Shown here: positions 1 through 9,804 of the stretch, one piece after another
Layout of the letters: every line of letters starts with the position of its first letter
How positions within the stretch are numbered: position 1 is the first letter of the stretch
DNA from: Candidatus Eiseniibacteriota bacterium
Lineage (GTDB): Bacteria; Eisenbacteria; RBG-16-71-46; JABDJR01
Direction: 5' to 3'
Assembly (NCBI GenBank): GCA_963762255.1
Contig: CAVXKA010000001.1
Location: 800,001-864,000 of the forward strand
DNA: 64,000 bases
The notes under the pieces: generated by a model
Told to the model about the DNA's origin: nothing
Seen by the model: the letters and a program-made list of their open reading frames with translations, nothing else
Databases searched by the model: none
Program-made: the position numbers and the translations under genes

Positions 1-2
1 GT

Positions 3-1322
3 TCGTCCAATTACCCCCTGACCCGCATCTTCGGTCTGAGCCACGATACGGACCGATCGCAGCGCCTCGACTGGACGGTTCCCTTGAACGGCGAGCCGGA
101 CGGCGTCGCGAAGGCGAAGGTCGGGGTGGCGCACCGGACCAAGGACCGCGGTTCCGACTTTCGGCGATTCGGCTATCGAAAGATCGGGCGCGAGAAGGTG
201 GATCTCGCGCTATCTCCGGAGGAAATTCTCAGCGAGTCGAACCTCGACAAGGGGATCTACCGCTTCGAGGAGCTCACGCAGGCGAACGATGCCTACACTG
301 CCGACCAGAGCATCGACGCCGCGTACTTCATGGTGGATATCCCGCTCGCCTCGCGGATCCGTCTCGTCACCGGCGCGCGGTACGAAAGCGCCGTCCAACA
401 CGTGGATGCCGCCAGCAGGTTCGTCAGCGTCTCGTCGCCCCCCATCGTGGTGGAGCAGCGGGACCATGGCTGGCTTCCGTCGCTGAGCCTGGCGGTAAAG
501 CCGCACATCGACATGAACCTGCGGTTCGCCTATTCGCAGACGCTCAACCGGCCCGAACTGCGCGAGCTGAGTCCATTCTCCATGTATAACTTCGAGAGCG
601 GCTACTCCGAGACGGGGGATACGTCGCTCGTCACCGCGAGACTGAACAACTACGACTTCCGCTGGGAGGTGTTCCCCGCCCCCGGCGAGTTCTTCGCGCT
701 GGCCGGCTTCTACAAGCGATTCGATCACCCGATCCAGCAGTTCGTCTTCCCCACGACCGGCACCTACGAGTTGCGGCCGCTCAACGGCGACCGGGCCGAT
801 CTCTACGGCTGGGAGGCGGAGTGCCGTCTCTCGGCGGTGAACCTTTGGAAGGCGCTCGACTGGGCGGTCGACCTCGGCGAGGTTCCCGCAGCCATGCTCC
901 GCTGGAGCGTCATGGCCAATTACAGCCGCGTGACCTCCGAGGTGCGCCTCGATTCGGTGTCGGGCACGCGGGTGAAGATCCCGTTCACGGGGCAGTCACC
1001 CTACTCGGCCAACCTGGGGCTGTTCTACGCGAGCAAGCGCGGGAAGTTCGAGAGCGGGCTTCTCTACAAGACGTTCGGGAGGCGGCTCGACGCCTACGGC
1101 TCCAACGTGCTCGGCAACATCTACGAGTATCCACCCCGGTCGCTCGACTGCACCCTGAGCTACGGCCTGAGCCGCTCGAGTCGGATCAAGTTCTCGGCGG
1201 AGAACCTGCTGGATAGCCCCACCGAGTTCCGCCAGAGCGGCTTCATCACGCAGAGGTACAACGAGGGCACCACCGTCGGGCTTGCCGTCAGCTATCAACC
1301 CGCCGAGCCCGAAGAGGAGTAA
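3..1322 (+). CDS. TonB-dependent receptor, C-terminal barrel (5' end outside the window)
   Basis: Frame is open from position 3. Barrel motifs LRFAYSQTLNRPELRELSPF, NYDFRWEVFP, FYKRFDHPI and IKFSAENLLD. Confidence 0.85.
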   Translation, partial: SSNYPLTRIFGLSHDTDRSQRLDWTVPLNGEPDGVAKAKVGVAHRTKDRGSDFRRFGYRKIGREKVDLALSPEEILSESNLDKGIYRFEELTQANDAYTADQSIDAAYFMVDIPLASRIRLVTGARYESAVQHVDAASRFVSVSSPPIVVEQRDHGWLPSLSLAVKPHIDMNLRFAYSQTLNRPELRELSPFSMYNFESGYSETGDTSLVTARLNNYDFRWEVFPAPGEFFALAGFYKRFDHPIQQFVFPTTGTYELRPLNGDRADLYGWEAECRLSAVNLWKALDWAVDLGEVPAAMLRWSVMANYSRVTSEVRLDSVSGTRVKIPFTGQSPYSANLGLFYASKRGKFESGLLYKTFGRRLDAYGSNVLGNIYEYPPRSLDCTLSYGLSRSSRIKFSAENLLDSPTEFRQSGFITQRYNEGTTVGLAVSYQPAEPEEE

Positions 1323-1328
1323 TCACCC

Positions 1329-2126
1329 ATGGCAGAGTTCACACGCGAATGCGCCTTCGACCACCGCCCCGACCCGCCGGCCCTACAGGCCTGGAAGGGA
1401 GATTGGATCGGCGGCGTGGCCGCGTTCGTTCTGCTGCTGGCCATGCTGCTGGTTGCCTACTCGGTGCATGTGAGGGATCGGTCGCAGGGCACGACGCCAT
1501 CGCCGGCGGCGGGACCGTCGAACACATCCGAGTTCCGAGTTCCCGCCCCCAGGGATGCCGAGTACGCCGACTACCAGGAGATGCTCAAGCAACCGATGTT
1601 TCGCTCTTCGCTGGAGAACTCGCCCGGCTTCGCGCCCCCGTACGATCCGGAATGGCGCTCGGTATTGACGGGGCGCCGGAACGCCGGGCCCGTCGACCTC
1701 GACTTCGTCAACGGCGCGGGATCGCTCGAAGAGCTGGGCCGGTTCGTGATGCTCGCCGCGCTGGACGGCGACGGGCAGGCACTCGTGGGGCTCGCGGTCA
1801 ACAAGGACGAGTTCGAGTTGATCCTCTGGCCGGAGTTCCCGCAGAGCCGCCCGTATCTCCATATCCCCTCCGGGGAAGGTTGGAGCTTCCATTATTCGGA
1901 TCTGACCAAGGGCATATCGAGGGGCGGTCTCGCCCTCATCGGCAAGCCCTACACCTTCGTCGGCATCCGCTCGGGAAGCGCCCGCGAGTATGCGAATTTC
2001 CGCTTCCTGGAGGACGTGGTCCTCATCTGCCGCGATGAGAGCACGGGCGCCACCGAGGAGTTCGGCTTCGTAGGCACGGTGGCGGAGCGCGATGGCCGCT
2101 TCAAGGTGTACCTGTACGAGGAGTGA
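1329..2126 (+). CDS. Hypothetical single-pass membrane protein
   Basis: One hydrophobic helix (VAAFVLLLAMLLVAY). Follows the receptor gene with an AGGAG RBS. Confidence 0.7.
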   Translation: MAEFTRECAFDHRPDPPALQAWKGDWIGGVAAFVLLLAMLLVAYSVHVRDRSQGTTPSPAAGPSNTSEFRVPAPRDAEYADYQEMLKQPMFRSSLENSPGFAPPYDPEWRSVLTGRRNAGPVDLDFVNGAGSLEELGRFVMLAALDGDGQALVGLAVNKDEFELILWPEFPQSRPYLHIPSGEGWSFHYSDLTKGISRGGLALIGKPYTFVGIRSGSAREYANFRFLEDVVLICRDESTGATEEFGFVGTVAERDGRFKVYLYEE

Positions 2127-3399
2127 TCCCACCCGACGGCAGCGTGTGCCGCGCCAGCCAGAACCCCAGCGCGGCCAGGAGACCGATCGACGCGATCGCG
2201 CTCCAGAGGATCGCCGGCGAGCCGCTCCACCGATCGTAGAGAACCCCGCCGATGAACGGCCCCGCCGACCATCCGAACGACGCGGTGAGGCCGTGCACGC
2301 CCATGTACCGCCCTACCCGATCCGGCGGCGCGAGGAGCGAGACCAGGGCGATCGACGGCGGCGAGACGATCAGCTCCCCCAGCGTCAGCGCGGCCATGAT
2401 CATGAGCAGATGCCAGTAGGTGCCGGTGAACGCCACCATGAAGAAGGCGCCCGCGTACACGAGCGATCCCAGCACGAGCGCCGAGGGAAGGCGCAGGCGG
2501 CGAAGCGATCGCGTCACGACGAGCTGCAAGGTCACCACCATGAACCCGTTCAAGCCGAACATCACGCCGAGCTGCGCGGTGGTGACGTGCAGCCGGTCGG
2601 CCGCGTCCACGGCCAGCGTGGAAAGCCACTGCGACATCGTGACGAAGATCAAGAGCGACAGCCCGCAGAAGAGCAGGAAGCGGCGATCGTGGCGGATCTC
2701 GAAGATGTCCATCCACTGCGGGCGGCGGCGCCTCGGCGGGTCATCCGCCGGGACGGCGCGCGCGAAATCCGTGGGCCGGGACGCAGCCATGGTCTCGGGC
2801 ACGAACCGCCGCACCAGCCAGGCGGAGAAGAGGCTCGTGATCGCTCCCAATAGGAAGAGCCATGCGTAGCCCACTTCGGCCACCACGCCGCCGAGCATCG
2901 GCCCGACCCCCCAGCCGAGGTTATGCGCCATGCGCATGAGCGCGTAGGCCTCGAGACGCTTCTCGGGCGGCGCGAGATCGTTGACGGCGGCGTAGGCGAC
3001 GGGTTGATAGAACGCCCCAGCGACATAGGAGACGACCAGAATCGACGACGCGGCCCAGAAATTGAGATGCCGGTAGACGGCCAGCGCCATGACGGCGAAG
3101 CACAATGCTCTCGCCGCCTGCCCCCACACCATGATGCGCACGCGGCCCACGCGGTCCGAGAGATCCCCCGCGTACCCCTGGAACGCGGCGCGGACCACGG
3201 CGGTGACCAGGAAGAAGGTGCCCACCAGCGACATGGACACGCCGAGTTCCTCGTGAAAGTAGAGGCTCACGAAAGGGACGATCATGGCGAAGCCCATCGC
3301 CGAGGCGATGAACCCGCCGTAGAGCACCCAGAGCCGCCGGTCGTAGCCGCGAAAGACGGCGCGGGTGCCGAGAAGCCAACTCTGGACGCCTTCTCTCAA
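2101..3399 (-). CDS. MFS transporter
   Basis: About 12 TM helices and motif A GDLSDRVGRVRIM. TTG start chosen from a GGGAG RBS; the rest of the 712-aa track ORF is antisense to tdk. Confidence 0.85.
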   Translation of the reverse strand: MREGVQSWLLGTRAVFRGYDRRLWVLYGGFIASAMGFAMIVPFVSLYFHEELGVSMSLVGTFFLVTAVVRAAFQGYAGDLSDRVGRVRIMVWGQAARALCFAVMALAVYRHLNFWAASSILVVSYVAGAFYQPVAYAAVNDLAPPEKRLEAYALMRMAHNLGWGVGPMLGGVVAEVGYAWLFLLGAITSLFSAWLVRRFVPETMAASRPTDFARAVPADDPPRRRRPQWMDIFEIRHDRRFLLFCGLSLLIFVTMSQWLSTLAVDAADRLHVTTAQLGVMFGLNGFMVVTLQLVVTRSLRRLRLPSALVLGSLVYAGAFFMVAFTGTYWHLLMIMAALTLGELIVSPPSIALVSLLAPPDRVGRYMGVHGLTASFGWSAGPFIGGVLYDRWSGSPAILWSAIASIGLLAALGFWLARHTLPSGGITPRTGTP

Positions 3400-3498
3400 G
3401 AGGACATTCTCCCGGGCCGGAGCCTGTCCCCGGCGCGCGTTATAGTTTACCCTCGGTGGCGGTTGAACTGCGATCATCGCCCCCGGAGGTCGACGCCC

Positions 3499-4095
3499 GT
3501 GCACCACGTACCCAAGGACATCGGCTGGATCGAGGTCATCTGCGGCAGTATGTTCTCGGGCAAAACCGAGGAGCTGATCCGCAGAGTGCGCCGCGCTCAG
3601 TACGCGCGCCAGAAGGTCCAGCTCTTCAAGCCGGGGATCGACACCCGCTATGCCAGCGCGAGCATCGCATCCCACGATCAACGCATGCTGGAGTGCGTCC
3701 CGCTGGAGCGAATCGCCGACATCCACCGCCATCTGGAGGCGGACACCGAGGTGGTGGCGCTCGACGAGGCGCAGTTCTTCGACGAGGAACTGGTCGCGGT
3801 GTGCGAAGAGATGGCCAACCGCGGGCTGCGGGTCATCGTGGCCGCGCTCGACCAGGACTACCTGGGCCGGCCCTTCGGCGCGATCCCGCGGCTTCTGTGC
3901 GTGGCCGAGTACGTGACCAAGAGCCTCGCCATCTGCGTGCGCTGCGGGAACCCGGCCAATCGCTCGCAGCGCCTGCGCGGAAGCCACGAGACGATCCAGG
4001 TGGGCGCGGGCGACGCTTACGAGCCCCGCTGTCGGAGCTGCTTCCGGCCCGAGGTGATCGGGCAGGAAGAGCTGGGGATGGACGAGAGCGGCTGA
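3499..4095 (+). CDS. tdk: Thymidine kinase
   Basis: GSMFSGKTEELIRR P-loop, DEAQFF, CxxC zinc motifs, YEPRCR. GTG start after GGAGG. Confidence 0.95.
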   Translation: MHHVPKDIGWIEVICGSMFSGKTEELIRRVRRAQYARQKVQLFKPGIDTRYASASIASHDQRMLECVPLERIADIHRHLEADTEVVALDEAQFFDEELVAVCEEMANRGLRVIVAALDQDYLGRPFGAIPRLLCVAEYVTKSLAICVRCGNPANRSQRLRGSHETIQVGAGDAYEPRCRSCFRPEVIGQEELGMDESG

Positions 4096-4123
4096 GCGAC
4101 GCAAGCGCGCTGAGGAGCAGGGT

Positions 4124-6469
4124 GTGTCCACTGCCGAGGTTCTCACTCCGCGACGATCCGTAGCCGCCGACCTTCGGGCGGTCGCGCGGCGCGTTCCGTT
4201 CACGCTCTTCATGGTCGCCGGCATCCTGCTGGTGACCACCGCCAGTCGCTCCCTGCTCCACCCCCTGCGTCCCGAACTCCTCGACCGTTGGGGATTCGGT
4301 TTGAACGCGCTCCGCAGCCTGGAGCTCTACCGGCTCCTGACCGCGCCGTTCGAGGTCTATCGCCCTTACATGGTGATCACGATCTCGGCCAGCTTGCTCC
4401 TGGCGGTGGGGGCGTGCGAGGTCGTGCTGGGCACGCGCCGCACCGCGCTCGCGGCCTGGGGGAGCATCCTCGCCGGATACGCTGGCACCTACCTCCTCTT
4501 GTGGCCGGCGACTTCCTTCGGGTGGGAGTGGGCCGGCGAGATGACCCGGCACGCAGATGTGGGGGCTTCGGCGATGATCTTCGGCGCGCTCGGCGCGCTC
4601 GTCCCCAACCTCCCCCTCGCCTACCGCCAGCGCGCGTTCTGGGCGGTGTGGATCTATCTCGTGGGGATGCTCGCGTTGGAGTTCAAGGTCTGGGACATCA
4701 ACCACCTGCTCGCGTACCCGATCGGGCTTCTCGCCGGCCGAAGCCGCCTGCGCGGGCGCGGCGAGACCTGGTTGCCGACCATGCCCTCGATCCGGGTGGG
4801 CCGCCGCGAGCGCCCGGCGGTGACGGCCTGGCTGGTCGGGGTTATGGGCTTTCTGACCGTGCTCTCCTCGCTGACCGCGCCTCGTTACCCGCTCTTGCGC
4901 TGGGCGGAAGAGAGCATTCCGATCGAGCTGGAGCATGCAGGCCGCCACGCCAACCTCGTGCTCGGCTTCGCGCTCCTATTGTTGGCGCGAGGCCTGAGTC
5001 GTCGGCGTCGCCAGGCATGGAGTCTCGCGATGGTCGCGGTCGGTTCCGCCATCGTCCTGCACCTGGTGAAGGGGGTCGACTGGCCCGAAGCCACGCTCGG
5101 ACTCGCGCTCCTCGCCCTGCTCGTTCTCTGGCGCGGCGAGTTCACCGCGTCCTCGGATCCTCCCAGCGTGCGCGACGGCTACATCGGGCTGGCGGTTGTC
5201 GTGCTCCTCTTGCCGTTCTACACGTTGCTCGGCCTCCACCTCTTCCGCATTCATCCCGCCGAAGGGATCACGCCGTTCGTCCTATTGCGGGAGACGGGAT
5301 GGCGGATCCTCTTCGCCGACGCCACCGGGGTTGTGGCCGGAAGCCATCATCAGGCGTGGTTCTTGAATTCAGTTTCGGTATTGGGGTGGGCCGGCGTGCT
5401 CTACGCGGTAGTGATGACCGCGCGCGGGGCGGCGGCGCCGCCGCGCACGCTTACCGATCTCGAAACGGAGCGGCGGCTGGTCGCGCTTCACGGACGCACC
5501 GGCACCGACTACATGGCGCTCTGGCCCGGCAACAGCGCCTTCTTCGCTCCCGACCGCGGCGCGTTCATCGCCTACCGCCAGTCCGCCGACGCGGCGCTGG
5601 CCCTCGGCGACCCCATAGGCGCTCCCGCCGGATGCTCGGCCGCGATCGCGGGGTTCCGGGAGTTCACACAGCGGGCGGGAGCGTCCCACGCGTTCTTCGC
5701 CGCCACGGAGGCCATGCTTCCGCGCTATCAGGAACTCGGCTACCAGAGCATCAAGATCGGCGAAGAGGCGGTGGTGCCGCTGGCCGGGTTGGAGTTCAAG
5801 GGCAAGGAATGGCAGACGACGCGCACCGCGATCCATCGCGCCGCGCGCGAGGGGATGACCTTCCAGATGTTCGAGGGGGGCTCGGTGCCGCCCGGCCTGC
5901 GGACGCAGATGGAGGAGATCGCCGACGCCTGGCAGCAGGAGAAGAAGCTCCCGCCGATGGGTTTCACGCTGGGTCGCGTCGAGGATCTCGACGACCCGAA
6001 CGTCTACGTGGCGGCGGTGCTGGACGCGCAGGGAGAAGTGCAGGCTTTCGCCGATTGGCTTCCGGTGCCGGCCACCCGCGGCTGGGTGATCGATCTCATG
6101 CGCCGTCGCGCAGAGAGCATGAACGGGGTGATGGAGTTCCTGATCGCCTCGTCGCTGCTCTTCTTCAAGGCCCGCGGAGACCGGGAGGCGAGCCTCGGAA
6201 CCGCCCCGCTGGCCGATCTCGTGCCGGGCGAACGCGATTCCCTCTTCGAGAAAGTGATGGGGGTCGTCTACGAGCACGGCGGGGCGCTCTACCAGTTCCG
6301 CACGCTCTTCGAGTACAAGGCGAAATTCCGGCCGGAATGGCGGGGAACCTACCTCGTCTACGAGCACGCCGGCGATCTGCCCCGAGTCCTGCTCGCGCTC
6401 TTGCGCGCGTACTTTCCCGATCTCAGTCCCAAGGTGCTGGGCGAGATGATAGGTGCCGCTCTCTTCTAG
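4124..6469 (+). CDS. MprF/LysX-like aminoacyl-phosphatidylglycerol synthase (DUF2156) with rhomboid-like N-terminal membrane domain
   Basis: ALGDPIG, KIGEEAVV, IDLMRR, NGVMEFLI, SLGTAPLA and YKAKFRPEW motifs. N-terminal DVGASA and HLLA helices. Confidence 0.85.
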   Translation: MSTAEVLTPRRSVAADLRAVARRVPFTLFMVAGILLVTTASRSLLHPLRPELLDRWGFGLNALRSLELYRLLTAPFEVYRPYMVITISASLLLAVGACEVVLGTRRTALAAWGSILAGYAGTYLLLWPATSFGWEWAGEMTRHADVGASAMIFGALGALVPNLPLAYRQRAFWAVWIYLVGMLALEFKVWDINHLLAYPIGLLAGRSRLRGRGETWLPTMPSIRVGRRERPAVTAWLVGVMGFLTVLSSLTAPRYPLLRWAEESIPIELEHAGRHANLVLGFALLLLARGLSRRRRQAWSLAMVAVGSAIVLHLVKGVDWPEATLGLALLALLVLWRGEFTASSDPPSVRDGYIGLAVVVLLLPFYTLLGLHLFRIHPAEGITPFVLLRETGWRILFADATGVVAGSHHQAWFLNSVSVLGWAGVLYAVVMTARGAAAPPRTLTDLETERRLVALHGRTGTDYMALWPGNSAFFAPDRGAFIAYRQSADAALALGDPIGAPAGCSAAIAGFREFTQRAGASHAFFAATEAMLPRYQELGYQSIKIGEEAVVPLAGLEFKGKEWQTTRTAIHRAAREGMTFQMFEGGSVPPGLRTQMEEIADAWQQEKKLPPMGFTLGRVEDLDDPNVYVAAVLDAQGEVQAFADWLPVPATRGWVIDLMRRRAESMNGVMEFLIASSLLFFKARGDREASLGTAPLADLVPGERDSLFEKVMGVVYEHGGALYQFRTLFEYKAKFRPEWRGTYLVYEHAGDLPRVLLALLRAYFPDLSPKVLGEMIGAALF

Positions 6470-7368
6470 GGTCGCTCGGGTGCGGCCGGCCCGCCGAGGC
6501 TCGCCAATCGCTCGCGGAACGGAACGCACGCGAAGCGCGCTGCGATGTCCGCAAACGTCGTCTCCAGGAGCGCAAGCTTCTCGTCGAGGTTCCGCGCCAT
6601 ACCGGGATGCCGGGTGAGCCGGGCATCGACGCCGTCCTCGGCGAGCCCGAGGGCGTCCACCGCGTGGAGCGTGTAGGACAGGGGCACATCGTGTCGCGCG
6701 AAATGGTCGAGGTGACGCAGGAAGACGTCGCGGGAGAGCCAGTAGCGCGAAGTGTGATACAGCGGAAACCGGAACGCGCCGGTGACCGCGAGCGGAAACT
6801 CGATCAGGCCTTCACGACGATGCGGCCGGCGATCCAGCGTGAACGGCCACATCCGCAATCGCAGTACGGCGCGGGGATCGCCGCTCTTCATCGCGAGTGC
6901 GAGCCGAGCGGGGATCAGCCAGGGTGTCGGATAGCCGGAAGCGTCGTAGCAGTAGCCGGCCTCGCGCAATGCCCGCAGCACGCGACCATCCACGTCAAAG
7001 TTAGGGGCTCGAAAGCCTAGAACCTCGACGCCGGTCGCGCGCCCGATCTCCTCCCGGCTCCCGGCGATCTCCTCGTGCAGCGCATCCTCATCCAGCCGCG
7101 AGAGGGACATCGCGTGCGAGCGCGAATGACTGGCCACCTCATGACCCGCCTCGATCAGCGCGCGCAATGCCGGCGCCTGTTCGGCGGCGTCGCGGCCCAC
7201 CACGAAGAACGTGGCCCGCACTCCCGTCTTGGCGAGGATGCCCGCAATGCGTGGAAGTGCGCGGGAGTAGACGAGCGGGTCGGGCGCGAGATGCCGGTGG
7301 CCGTAGCCGAGAAGGTGGAGATCGACGGGGTCGACGTCCACGTTGACGGTGGCGGGGGGACGGCGCAT
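6466..7368 (-). CDS. Polysaccharide deacetylase family protein
   Basis: NVDVD, RATFFVVG, GHEVASHSRSH, GFRAPNF and YDAS motifs. Confidence 0.85.
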   Translation of the reverse strand: MRRPPATVNVDVDPVDLHLLGYGHRHLAPDPLVYSRALPRIAGILAKTGVRATFFVVGRDAAEQAPALRALIEAGHEVASHSRSHAMSLSRLDEDALHEEIAGSREEIGRATGVEVLGFRAPNFDVDGRVLRALREAGYCYDASGYPTPWLIPARLALAMKSGDPRAVLRLRMWPFTLDRRPHRREGLIEFPLAVTGAFRFPLYHTSRYWLSRDVFLRHLDHFARHDVPLSYTLHAVDALGLAEDGVDARLTRHPGMARNLDEKLALLETTFADIAARFACVPFRERLASLGGPAAPERP

Positions 7369-7663
7369 CGGGGATTCCCTTCGACCCTCGGCGCTTGCCC
7401 GTCCTTGGGAAGCGCCGCAACGGCCGAGGCGGAGCTTAGGGCAGCGCTTACCGAAGCGGCAACAACCATGCGCCGGGCCTGCGGGCGGCCCCCAACCCGG
7501 CCCCGCCGGCGGTCCGTGACGGATTCCGACCCTGTCCCGCTCCAGAGCGCGAAAAGGCGGCCGATAACGACCGATGAGGTGCCCCATGTCGGGGGACACC
7601 TTCGATTTCGCGCGAGTCCCGGCGCGAAAGCGCAGCGAACGACCATCCGGCATGGAAGCGCCC

Positions 7664-8986
7664 ATGACCCTGGAAGCAGCGGTGATCGGAGGCGGGATCT
7701 CCGGCCTCGCCAGCGCATATCGCGTGGCGGGACTAGGGCATCGCGTCACCCTGTTCGAGAGCGAGGACTCTCTTGGGGGCCTCGGGGCGTCGTTCCCCTA
7801 CCGCGACCGGCATCTCGAACGCTTCTACCACTGCATTCTTCCCGACGACCACGCGTTGCTGAGGCTCATCGGCGAGGTCGGACTCGCCGGCGATCTCGAG
7901 TGGAAACGGGTCGACATGGGCTTCATGTACCGGGGGAAGCTCTACCCACTCAACACCGCGATCGACTTGCTTCGCTTCACGCCGCTTTCGCTGGTGGAGC
8001 GCGTCCGAATGGGGTTGATGGGGCTGCGCATACGATCCCAGGGTCTGCGACCGGAACTCGACGACGTCACCGCCGCCGATTGGGTGCGCAAGCAGGTCGG
8101 CGAGCGCGCCTTCGACGTGTTATGGAAACCGCTTCTCTCCGCGAAGATCGGCGACGAGTACCTCGGGCTGCCCGCGCTGTGGCTCACCACCCGGATGAAC
8201 CGCGAGAAAAACACCAAGCTCGAGGTGAAGGGCTGTCTCAAGAACGGCTACCGGTCGCTCATCGACTCGCTGGGGGATGCCTTGCGAGCGCGCGGCGTGG
8301 ACATTCGTCTTCGCACCCGCGTGGAGGGAATCGCGGATGACGGAGACGGGCTGCGGCTCCGACTCGCCGGCGGCGCATCGCCCCGCTTCGACTTCGTCGT
8401 TTCCACGTCGCCCATCTCCGCGTTTCAGCAGATGTCGAAGGGGCTTCCGCTGCCCGCGAAGGTGTCCGATCTCCAACTCGACTATCAGGGCGTGATCAGC
8501 GGCGTCTTCCTGATGGAGCAGCCGCTGACCCGCTATTACTGGATGCCGTGGGTCGACAGCGGCACCACCGCGCAGGGCGCGGTGGAGATGTCGAACCTGG
8601 TGCCGCTCGACCGCGCGCACGGGCTTCACGTGACTTATCTCGTCAACTACACGCATCGCGACAGCGCGCTGTACCAGAAGGGCGACGCGGAGCTCCTCGA
8701 TCTCTACCGCGCCGACCTGGAGCGTCTCTACCCGAAGGCCGCGGCTACGGTTCGCGATCAGTTCTTGTTCCGGGCGCCGTTCGTGGAACCGATCTGGACC
8801 GTGGGCTACAACGCGCTACGGCCCCCGACATCTCTACTACCGGGGCGCCTCTACCTCGCCAGCACCGCCCAGGTCTACCCCCGCGTCAACTCCTGGAATT
8901 CCTGTTGTCAGGTCGTGGACGAGATGATGCCGGCGCTGGAGGCGGAGACCGCCGCGCGGCCGGCCGATCGGATGTTGCGAGCATGA
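7664..8986 (+). CDS. FAD-dependent oxidoreductase (amine oxidase/HemY-like, glycan-locus type)
   Basis: VIGGGISGL Rossmann motif, LGGL, ERFYH. Confidence 0.85.
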   Translation: MTLEAAVIGGGISGLASAYRVAGLGHRVTLFESEDSLGGLGASFPYRDRHLERFYHCILPDDHALLRLIGEVGLAGDLEWKRVDMGFMYRGKLYPLNTAIDLLRFTPLSLVERVRMGLMGLRIRSQGLRPELDDVTAADWVRKQVGERAFDVLWKPLLSAKIGDEYLGLPALWLTTRMNREKNTKLEVKGCLKNGYRSLIDSLGDALRARGVDIRLRTRVEGIADDGDGLRLRLAGGASPRFDFVVSTSPISAFQQMSKGLPLPAKVSDLQLDYQGVISGVFLMEQPLTRYYWMPWVDSGTTAQGAVEMSNLVPLDRAHGLHVTYLVNYTHRDSALYQKGDAELLDLYRADLERLYPKAAATVRDQFLFRAPFVEPIWTVGYNALRPPTSLLPGRLYLASTAQVYPRVNSWNSCCQVVDEMMPALEAETAARPADRMLRA

Positions 8987-9804
8987 TCTACGTGATCTTT
9001 CCGGCATGGAACGAGGAGCGGACCATTCGTTCGACCCTGCTCGCTCTCTGGCGCGCCATGCCGGGGCGGGAATCGGAGTATCGGGCGGTGCTCGTGAACG
9101 ACGGAAGCACGGACCGCACCGTGGCCGAAGCGGAAGCAGCGGTGCGAGAGAGCGGCGGCGCGTTGCCGCTCACCGTGATCGGGCACGAGACAAACCGAGG
9201 CCTCGGCGCCGGTCTCTGCACGGGCATTACCTGGTGTCTCGATCACGCCGCCGACGGCGACGTGGTGGTTACCCTCGATGCGGACAACACACATCCGCCC
9301 GCGACCATTCCCGCGCTGGTGGAGAAGCTCGACGAGGGCTACGACATCGTCATCGCCTCGCGCTACCGCCCGACCTCCGTGGTGCGCGGTGTGCCCGGTC
9401 ATCGGCTGATGATCTCGGATAGCGCCCGGATCCTGTTTCGCGTCCTCTACCCGATCGCCGGTGTGCGCGACTACACCTGCTGTTTCCGCGCCTTCCGCGT
9501 GGGCCTGCTGCGACGCGCGTGCGACCTCTACAACGATGAGCTCTGCACCGCGCCCGGGTTCGAAGCGGTGATGGATCTGCTGTTGCGCCTCGCCGCGCTC
9601 CATCCCCGAGTGGCCGAGATCGGCTTCACGCTCGACTACGGCGGCCGCGTCGGTTTCAGCAAGATGAAGGTCGCGAAGACCGCCCGCTCCACGGTGGGGT
9701 TGCTCCTGAGACGACGCTGGGAGCGCATGACCCCCCAGCGGCGCCGTCCCGCGAGCGTGCGCCGCGCCGAGGCGTCCGCGCGCCGACGAGCGATCATACC
9801 TTGA
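8983..9804 (+). CDS. GT2 glycosyltransferase (polyprenol-phosphate sugar synthase-like)
   Basis: PAWNEE, VNDGSTDRT, NRGLG, LDADNTH, IASRY, RDYTCCFRAFR. ATGA overlap with the upstream gene. Confidence 0.88.
   Translation: MIYVIFPAWNEERTIRSTLLALWRAMPGRESEYRAVLVNDGSTDRTVAEAEAAVRESGGALPLTVIGHETNRGLGAGLCTGITWCLDHAADGDVVVTLDADNTHPPATIPALVEKLDEGYDIVIASRYRPTSVVRGVPGHRLMISDSARILFRVLYPIAGVRDYTCCFRAFRVGLLRRACDLYNDELCTAPGFEAVMDLLLRLAALHPRVAEIGFTLDYGGRVGFSKMKVAKTARSTVGLLLRRRWERMTPQRRRPASVRRAEASARRRAIIP

Noticed and set aside
2101-4239. 712-aa minus-strand ORF that looks like an MFS fused to a long N-terminal domain
   Set aside because: The extra N-terminus is the antisense of tdk. The MFS starts near 3399.
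4288-7020. 910-aa ORF and other long overlapping ORFs (12997-15003, 20245-22863, 22350-23975)
   Set aside because: They are Arg/Pro/Gly-rich shadow frames of well-supported genes, expected in high-GC DNA.
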